Shown in pieces: positions 49,701-58,684 of a stretch of 64,000 nt of DNA. Location of the stretch: positions 6,292-70,291 of the forward strand of contig CAZZBZ010000006.1 of the NCBI GenBank assembly GCA_964653025.1. The letters run 5' to 3'. Numbering within the stretch: position 1 is the first letter of the stretch; every line of letters begins with the position of its first letter. The stretch comes from an uncultured Verrucomicrobiota bacterium (lineage in GTDB: Bacteria; Verrucomicrobiota; Verrucomicrobiia; JABWAM01). Position numbers and translations under genes: made by a program. The notes beneath the pieces were generated by a model. The model made no database searches. It saw only the letters and a program-made list of their open reading frames with translations, and had not been told where the DNA came from.

Positions 49701-50251
49701 TGCAGGTTGCGGATCGAGAGATTCCCGACCCAAACAGGGAGCGGGGGAGGTGCGTCAGTACTTGTCGAAACGGGCGTCGGGACTTTCGCGGTCGCAGCGG
49801 CGGGTTGGAAAGCCTTTGGCATGTCCGCGAAGGTGCCGTCCGGTCTCTCGACGAGGTGGATCGACGGGGATTCGAGTTGCAGGGTCTCAGCTTCAAAGCG
49901 CCCGAGGAGCGCGGCCCAGCCGTGATAGCGGGCGGAAAGACGCACGGCGGCAAGGAGCGGGCGTTCGGCCGGGCCGATGCGCAGGTTCTCGATCTCGATC
50001 GAGGAGAACGGGTGCCAGGCGACCCGCGAGGCGGTGATCTCCATACCGAAATTTTTTGAGAGATGGGGCAGGATCACGCGGCGGACGCCGGCATCGCTCG
50101 TCAGCCAGAACCCGAAGCCGAGCAGGAGGGCGAAGAGGGAGACGCACAGGATGGCGGTGAGCCCAAGCCATCGGGCACCTCGATTTTTTGGGGCCGATGC
50201 AGGCACCGGTTCTTGGGAAAGGCCGTGAGTTGGGGGAGCGGCGTCAGGCAT
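46751..50251 (-). CDS. AsmA-family / TamB-like large envelope protein
   Basis: ATG 50251 gives MPDAAPPTHG..., followed by the TM helix RWLGLTAILCVSLFALLLGFGFWL. The roughly 1100-aa body is beta-rich and repetitive. The C-terminal region is AsmA-like with a Gln/Pro tail. The ORF-track N-terminal extension to 50926 has Arg/Pro-biased junk composition. Confidence 0.7.
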   Translation of the reverse strand: MPDAAPPTHGLSQEPVPASAPKNRGARWLGLTAILCVSLFALLLGFGFWLTSDAGVRRVILPHLSKNFGMEITASRVAWHPFSSIEIENLRIGPAERPLLAAVRLSARYHGWAALLGRFEAETLQLESPSIHLVERPDGTFADMPKAFQPAAATAKVPTPVSTSTDAPPPLPVWVGNLSIRNLHLVHEAPLRKIEIGTANLSAQDLRPGGSATLDLDLGFSLKQEAPGEEGQEAHATTATGNARAKLAVNLDEALIPRSAKGELFIDRLAGHAGAERFEGFSATLHFDLGSGVNGKGLLREAALTVERAGTALATARATGPLDLAAREAELDMEIGPVGKPVLNLLFGARHMDFGPTQIGYTGHLSLRHDATLIRTKGRLTANPLMVSSPNLSALFARPIQISLDHEIEINLRIRQATISQLNLDTTRQGSGPLLKGTLNRPMTISWKEGENLGTPAEDAEFSLQLSPLEIAPFLRLLDLPPGWRLDAGTLAATLKITASEQGHLLSFDGRIGAAGIALVTPKISFTDAAAQVVGRTSLRDLKTLRFEKNSFRLIEKGEEIAEATLDGSWNLSAHAGAGRLVLSAPLPTLLALHPVADLAIPSGTASITAEWKLDATGRFVARTTTSTRNVSIVWQGIRYTRLAAQLDAVVGWGNPEFRANDTRLTLLVADQPTGILLANASWNARTGALRTRFEASDCRETAFAPLLAAWLPGIELRSLLFSGQGEVAWDAGTLSFDGKVEAKNLVIGGTAPSGLKPLNAGLSANLSWNTNGTLTLRSTALQLDPVGRAKNRVEASGVLKSTPSLLFANLKLIGQSLDLTPWYDQIFPSVATPSPATATPPSPSAAVPSHAPPTAPPALSRALDLTLDAKVDSLKVRDFTLANLVLPLRVKGNTIEVPDAHATLGGAPLSASVKTDKGEDGTPGPFRFESKVENLALGPLVETFTPSLRGQISGTLTGRIYGSGRGLSREMLDKNLDGNLELAIRDAHLEKLPSIGKALTRLGGILQSPDITASTVNSVEGSAKIASGKLSTDNLHVIGSALQVSLRGNAFFDQRLAMEATIKMNRAVMAKSSLLAPLLKTMSAERGDWLRLPGAATITGTFSEPQVALDTSKFVGETLINTGVNYLKQMLEKKQQPSQPAQPGQPTPPQQPPLQNLLDGLFKKK

Positions 50252-50362
50252 TCCCCCATTGTACACGTCGGAGAATGGGGGGCAAAGTGGCAAAAGGGGG
50301 GGCAAGGAGACTCCCGGCTTGCCCCGGGGTCGGGGGTGTGGTTCCAAGGGGGTGGCACCCTT

Positions 50363-51562
50363 ATGAACTCGCCGCTTCCCATCCAGTTGGAGATTTCCGC
50401 GGCCGAAAGGTCCTGTCTCGAACGGGACTACGAGCTTTACGCGACGGATGAGTTGCCCGCGGCATGGGAGGACTTCGTGCAGGAGGAGTATGGCCTCGAT
50501 GTGGCGGGGAGGTTTGCGGGCATGCCGATCCGCAATCCTTTCGGTTGCGCGGGCGGACCGCTTTGTCGGAACATCCTGCAGGTGCGCGAAGCCTCCGAGG
50601 CGGGGCTTGGGTTCATCACCCTGATCGCGGCGCGGGCGCGCGATGAAGCGGGCGCCACCATGGTGCAGGACTGGCGTGGGTTGGAGTCCGAGATCGATCT
50701 CGAGGAGCGCGACGGTGGGCGCTCGCTGACGTGGATCGAGTGCGGGTGGTACGACACCCTCGATGTTTACGCGGAGTTTCTGCGCACCGCCCTCGATGTG
50801 GGGGGGCGTCGTCGGATGCTTGTGATCCCGGCAATACGCATCAGCGTGAACGCGCGCGGCCAGGCGAGTCCGCCCGAGGTTCGCCACACGGTCCGCCTGC
50901 TCCAGGAGGTCTGGCACGGGGCACATCCCGACCAGTCGCTTCCGCTGGAGGTGGAGGTCCTTCCCGAGATGCGCGGACTTTCACCGGCGAACAAGAAGAA
51001 AGCGCTGCTGCGCGCCTACGGCGCGGTCGCGGGTCTCATCAAGGCCGCATCCGAGCATCCGCGCTATGTGTGCGCGGGACTGAAGCTGGGCTCCGCCGCG
51101 TTCGATGCCGCCTTCCAGGCCCGCGCGGTGGAGGCGGCCCTTGGCGGGGCGGAGAAGCCAGGGTTCCTTGTCCTCTTCGAACGCCTGCGGCGGTTTGAGC
51201 GGCGGCGTGGCGGACGGTGCACGGTCTCGTTCGGGGGTGAAGAACTCTCGCGGCGCAACCTCGCGGCCCTCGATCGCCTCGACCGGACGGTGGAGTTCAG
51301 CGCCCTTGGCGACATCACCACGGGGAGGAGGATGGTCGAGTACGCGCTGCGCGGCGCGACGAGCGGGCAGATGCACACGATCTTCCATCTCCCCTCGTCC
51401 TTTTACCGTCGCCAAACGGGTACGCGGATCGATCGGGCCCTCCATGAGTTGGTTTTCCACCCGCACCACGGCCTCGTTGCGGCGATGCTCCACGTGAAGG
51501 CAAGGGCCGGCGTCGCCCGATTTCTCGATCTCGCGAAGGCGCGCGCGAAACTCGCGAGCTGA
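50363..51562 (+). CDS. Hypothetical TIM-barrel protein with a dihydroorotate-dehydrogenase-like N-terminal motif
   Basis: ATG 50363 gives MNSPLPIQ... The block GRFAGMPIRNPFGCAGGP resembles the DHOD/DHPD-family substrate loop G.KF.NP.GLAAG. I cannot confirm the rest. Confidence 0.4.
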   Translation: MNSPLPIQLEISAAERSCLERDYELYATDELPAAWEDFVQEEYGLDVAGRFAGMPIRNPFGCAGGPLCRNILQVREASEAGLGFITLIAARARDEAGATMVQDWRGLESEIDLEERDGGRSLTWIECGWYDTLDVYAEFLRTALDVGGRRRMLVIPAIRISVNARGQASPPEVRHTVRLLQEVWHGAHPDQSLPLEVEVLPEMRGLSPANKKKALLRAYGAVAGLIKAASEHPRYVCAGLKLGSAAFDAAFQARAVEAALGGAEKPGFLVLFERLRRFERRRGGRCTVSFGGEELSRRNLAALDRLDRTVEFSALGDITTGRRMVEYALRGATSGQMHTIFHLPSSFYRRQTGTRIDRALHELVFHPHHGLVAAMLHVKARAGVARFLDLAKARAKLAS

Positions 51563-51621
51563 GCGGGTCATCCCGAAGTTGCGGTTCGGGGGCCGGGGTG
51601 GTAGTCGGAGGCGATCACCCC

Positions 51622-52670
<1,049 letters not shown>

Positions 52671-52674
<4 letters not shown>

Positions 52675-54407
52675 AGAATAGCTGGAAGTTCCGGGCGGGG
52701 CTGGCGTTGACGTTCGCCTTCCTCGCGCTTTTCCTCATCTGGCCCGTTTTCTTCGTGGTTCAGGGGAGTGTGCTGGTCGAGCAGGAGGGGCGCACGCGGT
52801 TCACGGCCGTGTTCTTCCAACTCTTCGCGCAGAGCCCGTTCATGTGGACCTGCCTGCTGAACAGCCTTGCGCTGGCGGTGTGCAGCACGGGGGTTTGTGT
52901 CCTCATTTCGCTGCCGCTGGCACAGCTCTTCGCGCGGCACGACTTCCCGGGAAAGATGCTCTGGCAGGCGCTCCTCATGGGGCCGCTCATCCTGCCGCCG
53001 TTCGTCGGGGCCATCGGCGTGCAACAGATCTTCGCGCGGTTTGGCACGCTGAACCACTGGCTGGGGCTGGTGGGGCCGGGCGTGGCAGACCCGAGGCCGA
53101 TCGACTGGCTCGGCGACGGGGGCTTCTGGGGGGCGGTGGTGATGCAGTCGCTCCACCTTTTTCCGATCCTTTTCCTGAACCTCACCGCCTCGATGGCGAA
53201 CATCAATCCGGCCATGCGTGAGGCGGCGCGCGGCCTCGGCGCCGCCCCGTGGCGTGTCTTTCACACGGTCACCCTGCCGCTCCTTACCCCCGGGTTCTTT
53301 GCGGGCGCGATCATCGTCTTTGTCTGGGCGTTCACCGACCTCGGGACACCGCTCATCTTCGGGTTCTCCAACGTGGTGGCCGTCCAGATCTTCGACAAGG
53401 TCAATGAGGCCGGCTTCAACCCTTTCGGGTACACGCTGGTCATCGTGGTGCTCGTGACCACCGTGGTCCTTTTTCTCATCTCGCGCCAGCTAGTGGCGCG
53501 GCAGGACTACGTCACCCAGGGCAAAGCCTCGGCGCGCGAGGATCTCGAGCCGCTGCGGGGAAGGGGGCTTGCGCTCGCCACGGTGGGGCTCGGGTTCATT
53601 GGTGCCCTTGCCTTGCTCCCGCACGCGAGTGTTGTTCTCCAGTCGTTGAGCGGAAAGTGGTTCATGGGCGCGCTGCCGCAGGAGTGGACGCTCGGTCACT
53701 ACCGTGAGGTGTTTACCCTGCCGCAGACGATGACAGGACTGCGCAACAGCCTCTTCTACTCGAGCCTGAGTGCGGGGGTGGATGTGGTGCTCGGCGTTGC
53801 CATCGCCTATTGGCTCGCGCGAAAGGAGTTTGCGGGCAAAGCGCTGCTCGACGCCCTGACGGTCCTCCCGCTTGCCCTCCCCGGCATCGTGCTGGCCTTC
53901 GGCTACGTGATGGCGTTCAACGTGCCGAAGTCATGGCACGGGCTCGACCTCGGCTGGCTCAGGTCGTTCCTGAATCCGCGGGAGAACCCGACGCTCCTCC
54001 TCGTGGTGAGCTACAGCGTGCGGCGCCTGCCCTTCATCGTGCGTGCCGTGTATGCGGGCCTGCAGCAGATGAGCGTCTCGCTGGAGGAGGCCTCCCGGAA
54101 TCTTGGTGCGAGCGAGGCGGTCACCGTGCGCCGTGTGGTCCTTCCCCTTGTGCGGGGCAACGTGATCGCGGGCGCGGCGCTGACCTTTGCCTTTGCCTTC
54201 CTCGAGGTGAGCGACAGCCTGATTCTCGCGATGAAGGAGCAGTTCTACCCAACGACAAAAACGATCTGGGCCCTCATGGGGCGGATCGAGCCGGGGGCGG
54301 GCGCGGTGGCGAGCGCGCTTGGCGTGCTCGGGATGCTCCTCCTTTTCCTCGCCTTCTACATAGCCAACCGCGTCCTCGGCAAACGCATGGGCAACCTTTT
54401 CGGTTGA
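52671..54407 (+). CDS. ABC transporter permease with fused duplicated transmembrane domains (FbpB-type)
   Basis: The ORF is 578 aa. It has two tandem roughly 6-TM permease halves, each with an EAA-like loop (..AARGLGAAPW.. and ..ASRNLGASEA..). A 4-nt overlap with the ATPase gene indicates an operon. Confidence 0.85.
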
Positions 54408-54451
54408 GTGTGCTTCCGGCTTGCATGGGAGAGGCAGGGGAGGCATAAGCC

Positions 54452-54970
54452 TTGGCCGTGCGCATTGCCCTGGCATTGATCGCGCTTTTCGCGCTGGCTC
54501 GCCCCTGTCGCGCCGAGATCAGCTCCGACTGGGAGGTGATGAAGGTCCATCACGAGTTGATCGACACGGTCGGCGAGACGACCGAGTTGGTCGGGGATCT
54601 CAAGGAGAAGGCGGCCTTTCAGCGGAACCTTTCGCTCAACGCGAAGCAGGTCACCGGCATCCGCTTCGTGGTCCACTGGAAGGCCCCCTCTACGGGGATC
54701 CCAAAGTTCGCGGTCAAGATCGAGGCGCGCGGCGTGGTTCCCGCGACGAATGAGGAGACCTGGAAGGAGATCATCAAGCTGTACAAGGAGACGCCCGATT
54801 TTAGCGGCTGGACGTATGCCGACATCAAGGGCGACGCCCTGGTGAAGTTCGGGCGGGTGATGGCGTGGAAAGTGACTCTTTTGCAGAACGGGAAGCCGAT
54901 GGCGACCCGAGATTCGTTCACGTGGGACGAAGCCGCGGCGGTCGCGGCCAGGAACAAAGACAAGCCCTGA
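54452..54970 (+). CDS. Secreted hypothetical protein
   Basis: It has a TTG start. The signal peptide is MAVRIALALIALFALARPCRA. It is 172 aa with balanced composition. Confidence 0.5.
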   Translation: MAVRIALALIALFALARPCRAEISSDWEVMKVHHELIDTVGETTELVGDLKEKAAFQRNLSLNAKQVTGIRFVVHWKAPSTGIPKFAVKIEARGVVPATNEETWKEIIKLYKETPDFSGWTYADIKGDALVKFGRVMAWKVTLLQNGKPMATRDSFTWDEAAAVAARNKDKP

Positions 54971-55009
54971 CCCCGGACCGCGGGGCGAGGCACCCAAGGA
55001 GGAATCACC

Positions 55010-55213
55010 ATGGCATTCAGCGTTGTCAGCAACAAGTCGCAGAAAACCTATTACCTTCACTCCCGCGAGGTGGTCCTCAGGGGGGACCGGAAGCAGCGGA
55101 TCTTCTTCTTCGCCGGTGAGGTGAAGGAGGGGGCGCTCGACGCGATCCCCGAGGGGTACGAGACGATGGAGAACCCGCGCACCGGCCTCCCGATGCTGCG
55201 GAAGAAAAAGTAA
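55010..55213 (+). CDS. Small conserved-looking hypothetical protein (67 aa)
   Basis: A strong SD, AAGGAGG, lies 7 nt upstream of the ATG. The sequence MAFSVVSNKSQKTYYLHSREVVLRGDRKQRIFFFAGEVKEGALDAIPEGYETMENPRTGLPMLRKKK is well composed. It is followed by its own terminator. Confidence 0.55.
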   Translation: MAFSVVSNKSQKTYYLHSREVVLRGDRKQRIFFFAGEVKEGALDAIPEGYETMENPRTGLPMLRKKK

Positions 55214-55216
55214 CCC

Positions 55217-55236
55217 GGCGCTTGGCGCCCCTTTTT
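55217..55236 (+). terminator. Small hairpin plus T5 after the 67-aa gene
   Basis: GGCGC-ttg-GCGCC is followed by CCTTTTTCG. Confidence 0.4.
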
Positions 55237-55238
55237 CG

Positions 55239-56963
55239 TTGACCCCCGGTTCGCCCCAGCGCGGGAGAATCGTGGGGGTGTGGTTTCCCCTCGCCATCCT
55301 CGTGGCGGTGTGGATGGCCGCCGCGTGGTGGGCGCGGCGCGAGTGCCTGCCGTACGACGTCAACAACACCGACGTCGGAACTTATCTTTTCCAGGCCGAG
55401 ACCTTCGCTGCCGGGCAACTCGCACGCCCGACGCCCGAGCCGCGTGAGTTTTTCTCGCAGTGGCAGGCAATCGTCCGGGATTGTTCCTTTGCCTACTACC
55501 CGCCGCTGCCGGCGGTCGCCATGGCATTGCCGATTGCGTTCGGCGGGTCGCCCTTCTGGGTTCCTTGGCTCTCGTCGGGTTTGGTGCTGGTCCTGACCTT
55601 CATCTGGATCAGGCGCCTTGCAGGGAAACGCGCCGCGTGGTTCGGGACGCTTGTTCTTGCGGTCTCGCCCTTCTTCGTCGCCAACGGCCTTTCAGTCCTC
55701 TCGCATGCGTTCACCCTGCTCCTGACCGTCGCGTTTCTCGTGGCCGTGGAACGCTGGCGGGCGATGGGATCTCGCGGGTGGGCGGCGGCAGCGGGAACGC
55801 TTCTCGCGGCGGTCTTCGCCTCGCGCCCCGTGAACGCCCTCGCGCTCGGGATCGCGTGGGTGCCATGGGCCGTCGCATCGACAATTGCCAACTGCCAATT
55901 GCCAACTGAAGAACGGAAACGGCAAGGCTTTATGGGGGTCGCGGGTTTTGCGGTTGGGTTTGCGGCGCTGTTCGTGCCGCTGGCGCTCTACTACCACGAG
56001 ATGGCAGGGCGGTGGACGCTCAGCCTGTTCACGGACTACTGGCCGAGGAACCGGTTCGGCTTTGGGCAAGGACTGGGGCGTGGGGAGACGGGACACTACT
56101 TCCAGACTTTTACGGATCACGATTTTTTTGGATTTCTTGGGAATCTGCGGTACAGCGCGGAAGGACTGGCGACCTGGTGGACGGGAAACGCATGGCTTTC
56201 GGCGGCGCTGCTCGGACTTGTGGGAATCCTCCTCGTTCTCCGTATCAAGAATCGGATTTCATCAATTGGCAGTCGGCAGTTGGCAGTTGGAAATGTTGGG
56301 TGGCCTCTGCTGGTGTGGCCTGCGGCGCATGTCTTCCTCTACGCGGGCTACTTCACCCCGAGCACTCCGACGACGGGGCCGCGCTACCTCGCCGAGCTCA
56401 TGCCGGCGCTTGCGCTCGCCACGGGGTGGGGCATGGCTCGCCTGGCGACCGGGGGTGTGGCAAGGCGGCGTCTCGCGCTCCTGCTTTTCTCGGTTGCGAT
56501 GGTCGTGTCGGCTCAGGCCGTGGTGAGGTTCCTTCGGCTCAATCAACTCGGTATCCCGGCCCGACGGGCGGTGGAGCATGGTGTTGTCGGGGAAGCGCGG
56601 GCGCCGGCGGTGGTCTTCCTGCGTTCCTTCTGGATCGGCCATCCGCTCCCGATCTTTCGGAATCTTCCCAGCCTCTCGGGTCCGGTGATCTTCGCATGCG
56701 ACCGAGGGGCGGAAGATCGACGGTTGGTGGAACGGCACCCCGACCGCAACGCCTATGTCCTCGCGCTGTTCCCCGAAGGGCGCGGGGTGCGGACGGAGAT
56801 GGTGCCTGTTTATCGGGCGAACGACCGCCGGTGGCTCCGTGCGCCTGAGTCGGTGGAAGCTCCCTTCTTTGTCGGGAGCCGCTTCACTCCTTCGCTGCGG
56901 CTGGAGGGGGAGGCGGCGAGGAAGCTCTTTTACCCGCAGCCGGACGAGATCGAGGGACAGTGA
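55239..56963 (+). CDS. Polytopic membrane protein, GT-C glycosyltransferase-like
   Basis: It has about 12 TM helices. The N-terminal periplasmic-loop motif NNTDVGTYLFQAETFAAGQL has the GT-C D-x-G-x-Y pattern. It carries two inverted 4x heptamer arrays in frame. Confidence 0.6.
   Translation: MTPGSPQRGRIVGVWFPLAILVAVWMAAAWWARRECLPYDVNNTDVGTYLFQAETFAAGQLARPTPEPREFFSQWQAIVRDCSFAYYPPLPAVAMALPIAFGGSPFWVPWLSSGLVLVLTFIWIRRLAGKRAAWFGTLVLAVSPFFVANGLSVLSHAFTLLLTVAFLVAVERWRAMGSRGWAAAAGTLLAAVFASRPVNALALGIAWVPWAVASTIANCQLPTEERKRQGFMGVAGFAVGFAALFVPLALYYHEMAGRWTLSLFTDYWPRNRFGFGQGLGRGETGHYFQTFTDHDFFGFLGNLRYSAEGLATWWTGNAWLSAALLGLVGILLVLRIKNRISSIGSRQLAVGNVGWPLLVWPAAHVFLYAGYFTPSTPTTGPRYLAELMPALALATGWGMARLATGGVARRRLALLLFSVAMVVSAQAVVRFLRLNQLGIPARRAVEHGVVGEARAPAVVFLRSFWIGHPLPIFRNLPSLSGPVIFACDRGAEDRRLVERHPDRNAYVLALFPEGRGVRTEMVPVYRANDRRWLRAPESVEAPFFVGSRFTPSLRLEGEAARKLFYPQPDEIEGQ
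55883..55908. repeat. Tandem heptamer array (AAYTGCC)x3.7 inside CDS 55239..56963
   Basis: The sequence is aattgcc aactgcc aattgcc aactg. Confidence 0.8.
56264..56291. repeat. Inverted copy of the heptamer array (caattgg cagtcgg cagttgg cagttgg)
   Basis: The reverse complement is ccaactg ccaactg ccgactg ccaattg, which is the same AAYTGCC unit family as 55883..55908. The two arrays form an imperfect 26-bp inverted repeat (about 4 mismatches) separated by 355 bp. Both are in frame in the CDS. Confidence 0.8.
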
Positions 56964-56967
56964 ATAA

Positions 56968-56988
56968 CCGCCGCCTTCCAGGCGGCGG
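56968..56988. terminator. Bidirectional hairpin between convergent genes
   Basis: CCGCCGCC-ttcca-GGCGGCGG is a perfect 8-bp GC stem. It lies exactly between the stop at 56963 and the stop at 56993. Confidence 0.5.
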
Positions 56989-56992
56989 TGGT

Positions 56993-57844
56993 TCACTTCA
57001 TCTTGAACTCGACGGAGAGAGGGGGAGGATTTGTGCCGAGACGGGTGCTGAGCCAGTAAACGATGACGGTATTTCCCTCGGTCTTTTTGGTGCCGTCGGG
57101 CGGGTTGAAGCGCACGAGTTCTGCTCCCGTCGGGAGCGCGACGCCCGCACCGGCGATGCCGCCGGTTCGGGGAAGACGCCCGAGAGGGACATCGAGGGAC
57201 CCGCCACGAAGAAGGCGTGGCCGAACATTGGTTTCAAAAGCACGAAAAACGAACTGCGTGGATCCCGGGGGGAGCGGCTGGTCGAGGTTCAGCGTGATAT
57301 AGAGCACGTTGGTGTGGGTTGGGTTGCTGCGCAGGGTGAAGCGCATCGGCGATCCGTCGAGGCGGTAATAGCCGATCCATTGGTCGCGGCGCCGGGGAAA
57401 CTGGCGTTCCACTTTTGTGATGGAGTTGAAGCCCGGGTTCCATGCGGGCTCCGTGGCCCATGTCACGGAGGGGTGGTTGGTGTCGGCAAGGACCAGCATG
57501 CGGAGGGAAGCGAGAGGGAGACGGGTCTTGGCAGCTTCGGTCTCGCATGCCTCGCGGAGGAGTTTCAGCGGTGCGATGGGCAGGGAAGGGCTGGAGTGCG
57601 TCTCGGTGTGAAACCATGCGGGGGGGCCTTGAGGTTGGCTCTCTTGCCACCGGAGGGCGATGAAGGCGGCGGCGCCCGCGAAGAACAGGAGGGTCAACAT
57701 CCACTTGAGCTGAATGGGAAAAGGGGGGAGCGGTTTTCGTTGCGTCTTGAAACGTGGAGCCGCGGCCGCCGCGCCGGGGGGGACGTGGCGAAAGCCTTCT
57801 CGCATCGAGATGAACAGCGCTTTGAGAAGATGGAAGGGGTTCAT
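56993..57844 (-). CDS. Hypothetical membrane-anchored protein
   Basis: The ORF is 283 aa. There is one TM helix (MLTLLFFAGAAAFIALRW). It is downstream of, and co-oriented with, the pilin-like gene. Confidence 0.45.
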   Translation of the reverse strand: MNPFHLLKALFISMREGFRHVPPGAAAAAPRFKTQRKPLPPFPIQLKWMLTLLFFAGAAAFIALRWQESQPQGPPAWFHTETHSSPSLPIAPLKLLREACETEAAKTRLPLASLRMLVLADTNHPSVTWATEPAWNPGFNSITKVERQFPRRRDQWIGYYRLDGSPMRFTLRSNPTHTNVLYITLNLDQPLPPGSTQFVFRAFETNVRPRLLRGGSLDVPLGRLPRTGGIAGAGVALPTGAELVRFNPPDGTKKTEGNTVIVYWLSTRLGTNPPPLSVEFKMK

Positions 57845-57916
57845 CGAGGAGGGAGCAGGGGGAAGCAGTGGGGGAAGTGGGAGGGGATCTTGGGACGGTT
57901 GTCAGTCAATCAGCAA

Positions 57917-58684
57917 TCAAGGGAGGGTGGTCTGCCAGTCGGCGTTCTTGTCGTACCAGTAGGTCATCTGGTTGGTTTCGTAGTGGTTGAAGGCGGCGAC
58001 GTGGCCGTCGGCGAAGAGGAAGTTGGCCGCGCCGTTGTGGGGAAGCGGGTAGGTGGAGCCGTTATGGGAGAAGCCGGTGCGATCAGTGACCTCGTTGGTG
58101 GGATCGAAGTCCTGGTCGTTGCGGTCTGTGGAGAGATCTTCGCTCATGAGGATGAACGCGGGTGGGTTGCTGATGCGGCGGGCGTCGAGGACGAATGCGC
58201 CGGTCTTCGATCCGCCGCCGACTCCGGGATCACCCCCGCCTTCCTTGTAGGGCTGGATGAGGTTGAGGTAGTAGTCCACTTGGACCACGGGGGTGACCCA
58301 CTTCGGGAGGCCACGGTCTTGCAGGATGCCGGTATCCTTGAAGTAAGGGTAGAGGAGCCGGGTCCATGACTGCGTGGATCCGGAGGAGTTCCACGCGGGG
58401 GAAGGGAGTCCGCTCTGGGCGACGAGTTGGTTTTCGTTCTCATCCCAGTACATCCGGACCGCGTAGCCGAGCTGCTTGAGATTATTGGCGCACGACATGG
58501 CCTGGGCGCGGTAGCGCGCCTTCGAGAGCGAGGGCATGAGCAGGCCCGCGAGGATGCCGAGGATGGCCACTACGACCAAAAGCTCGATGAGAGTGAAGGC
58601 GGTGAGCGGTGAGCGGTGAGCGGTGAGCAGGCTTGCTCCGTGTTGCGCGAGGAAACGGGGAGTTGGGCGAGACTCAAACATCAT
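57917..58684 (-). CDS. Prepilin-type N-terminal cleavage/methylation domain protein, H-X9-DG (DUF1559) family
   Basis: ...[28 protein letters not shown] is the pilin-like N-terminus, preceded by a 26-aa leader. The C-terminus [17 protein letters not shown] is an exact H-X9-DG motif. A 4x GGTGAGC heptamer array lies in the leader-coding region. The gene overlaps the upstream GT-C gene by 4 nt (ATGA). Confidence 0.8.
   Translation of the reverse strand: MMFESRPTPRFLAQHGASLLTAHRSPLTAFTLIELLVVVAILGILAGLLMPSLSKARYRAQAMSCANNLKQLGYAVRMYWDENENQLVAQSGLPSPAWNSSGSTQSWTRLLYPYFKDTGILQDRGLPKWVTPVVQVDYYLNLIQPYKEGGGDPGVGGGSKTGAFVLDARRISNPPAFILMSEDLSTDRNDQDFDPTNEVTDRTGFSHNGSTYPLPHNGAANFLFADGHVAAFNHYETNQMTYWYDKNADWQTTLP
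58601..58628. repeat. Perfect tandem heptamer (GGTGAGC)x4 in the 5' coding region of the pilin-like gene
   Basis: The sequence ggtgagcggtgagcggtgagcggtgagc is read directly. On the coding strand it encodes [11 protein letters not shown] in the leader peptide. The 7-nt unit is not a multiple of 3. Confidence 0.9.

Noticed and set aside
47903-50059. 718-aa plus-strand ORF inside the AsmA-family gene, and plus-strand ORFs at 46796..47749 and 47370..48239
   Set aside because: They are antisense to the long AsmA-like CDS. They have Gly/Arg/Glu-biased composition with no TM or signal features.
50252-50926. N-terminal 225-aa extension of the AsmA-family ORF (ORF-track start 50926)
   Set aside because: The extension is Arg/Pro/His-rich and low-complexity. 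A good Met followed by a TM helix at 50251 is the more plausible start. The extension would also overlap the divergent gene's promoter region.
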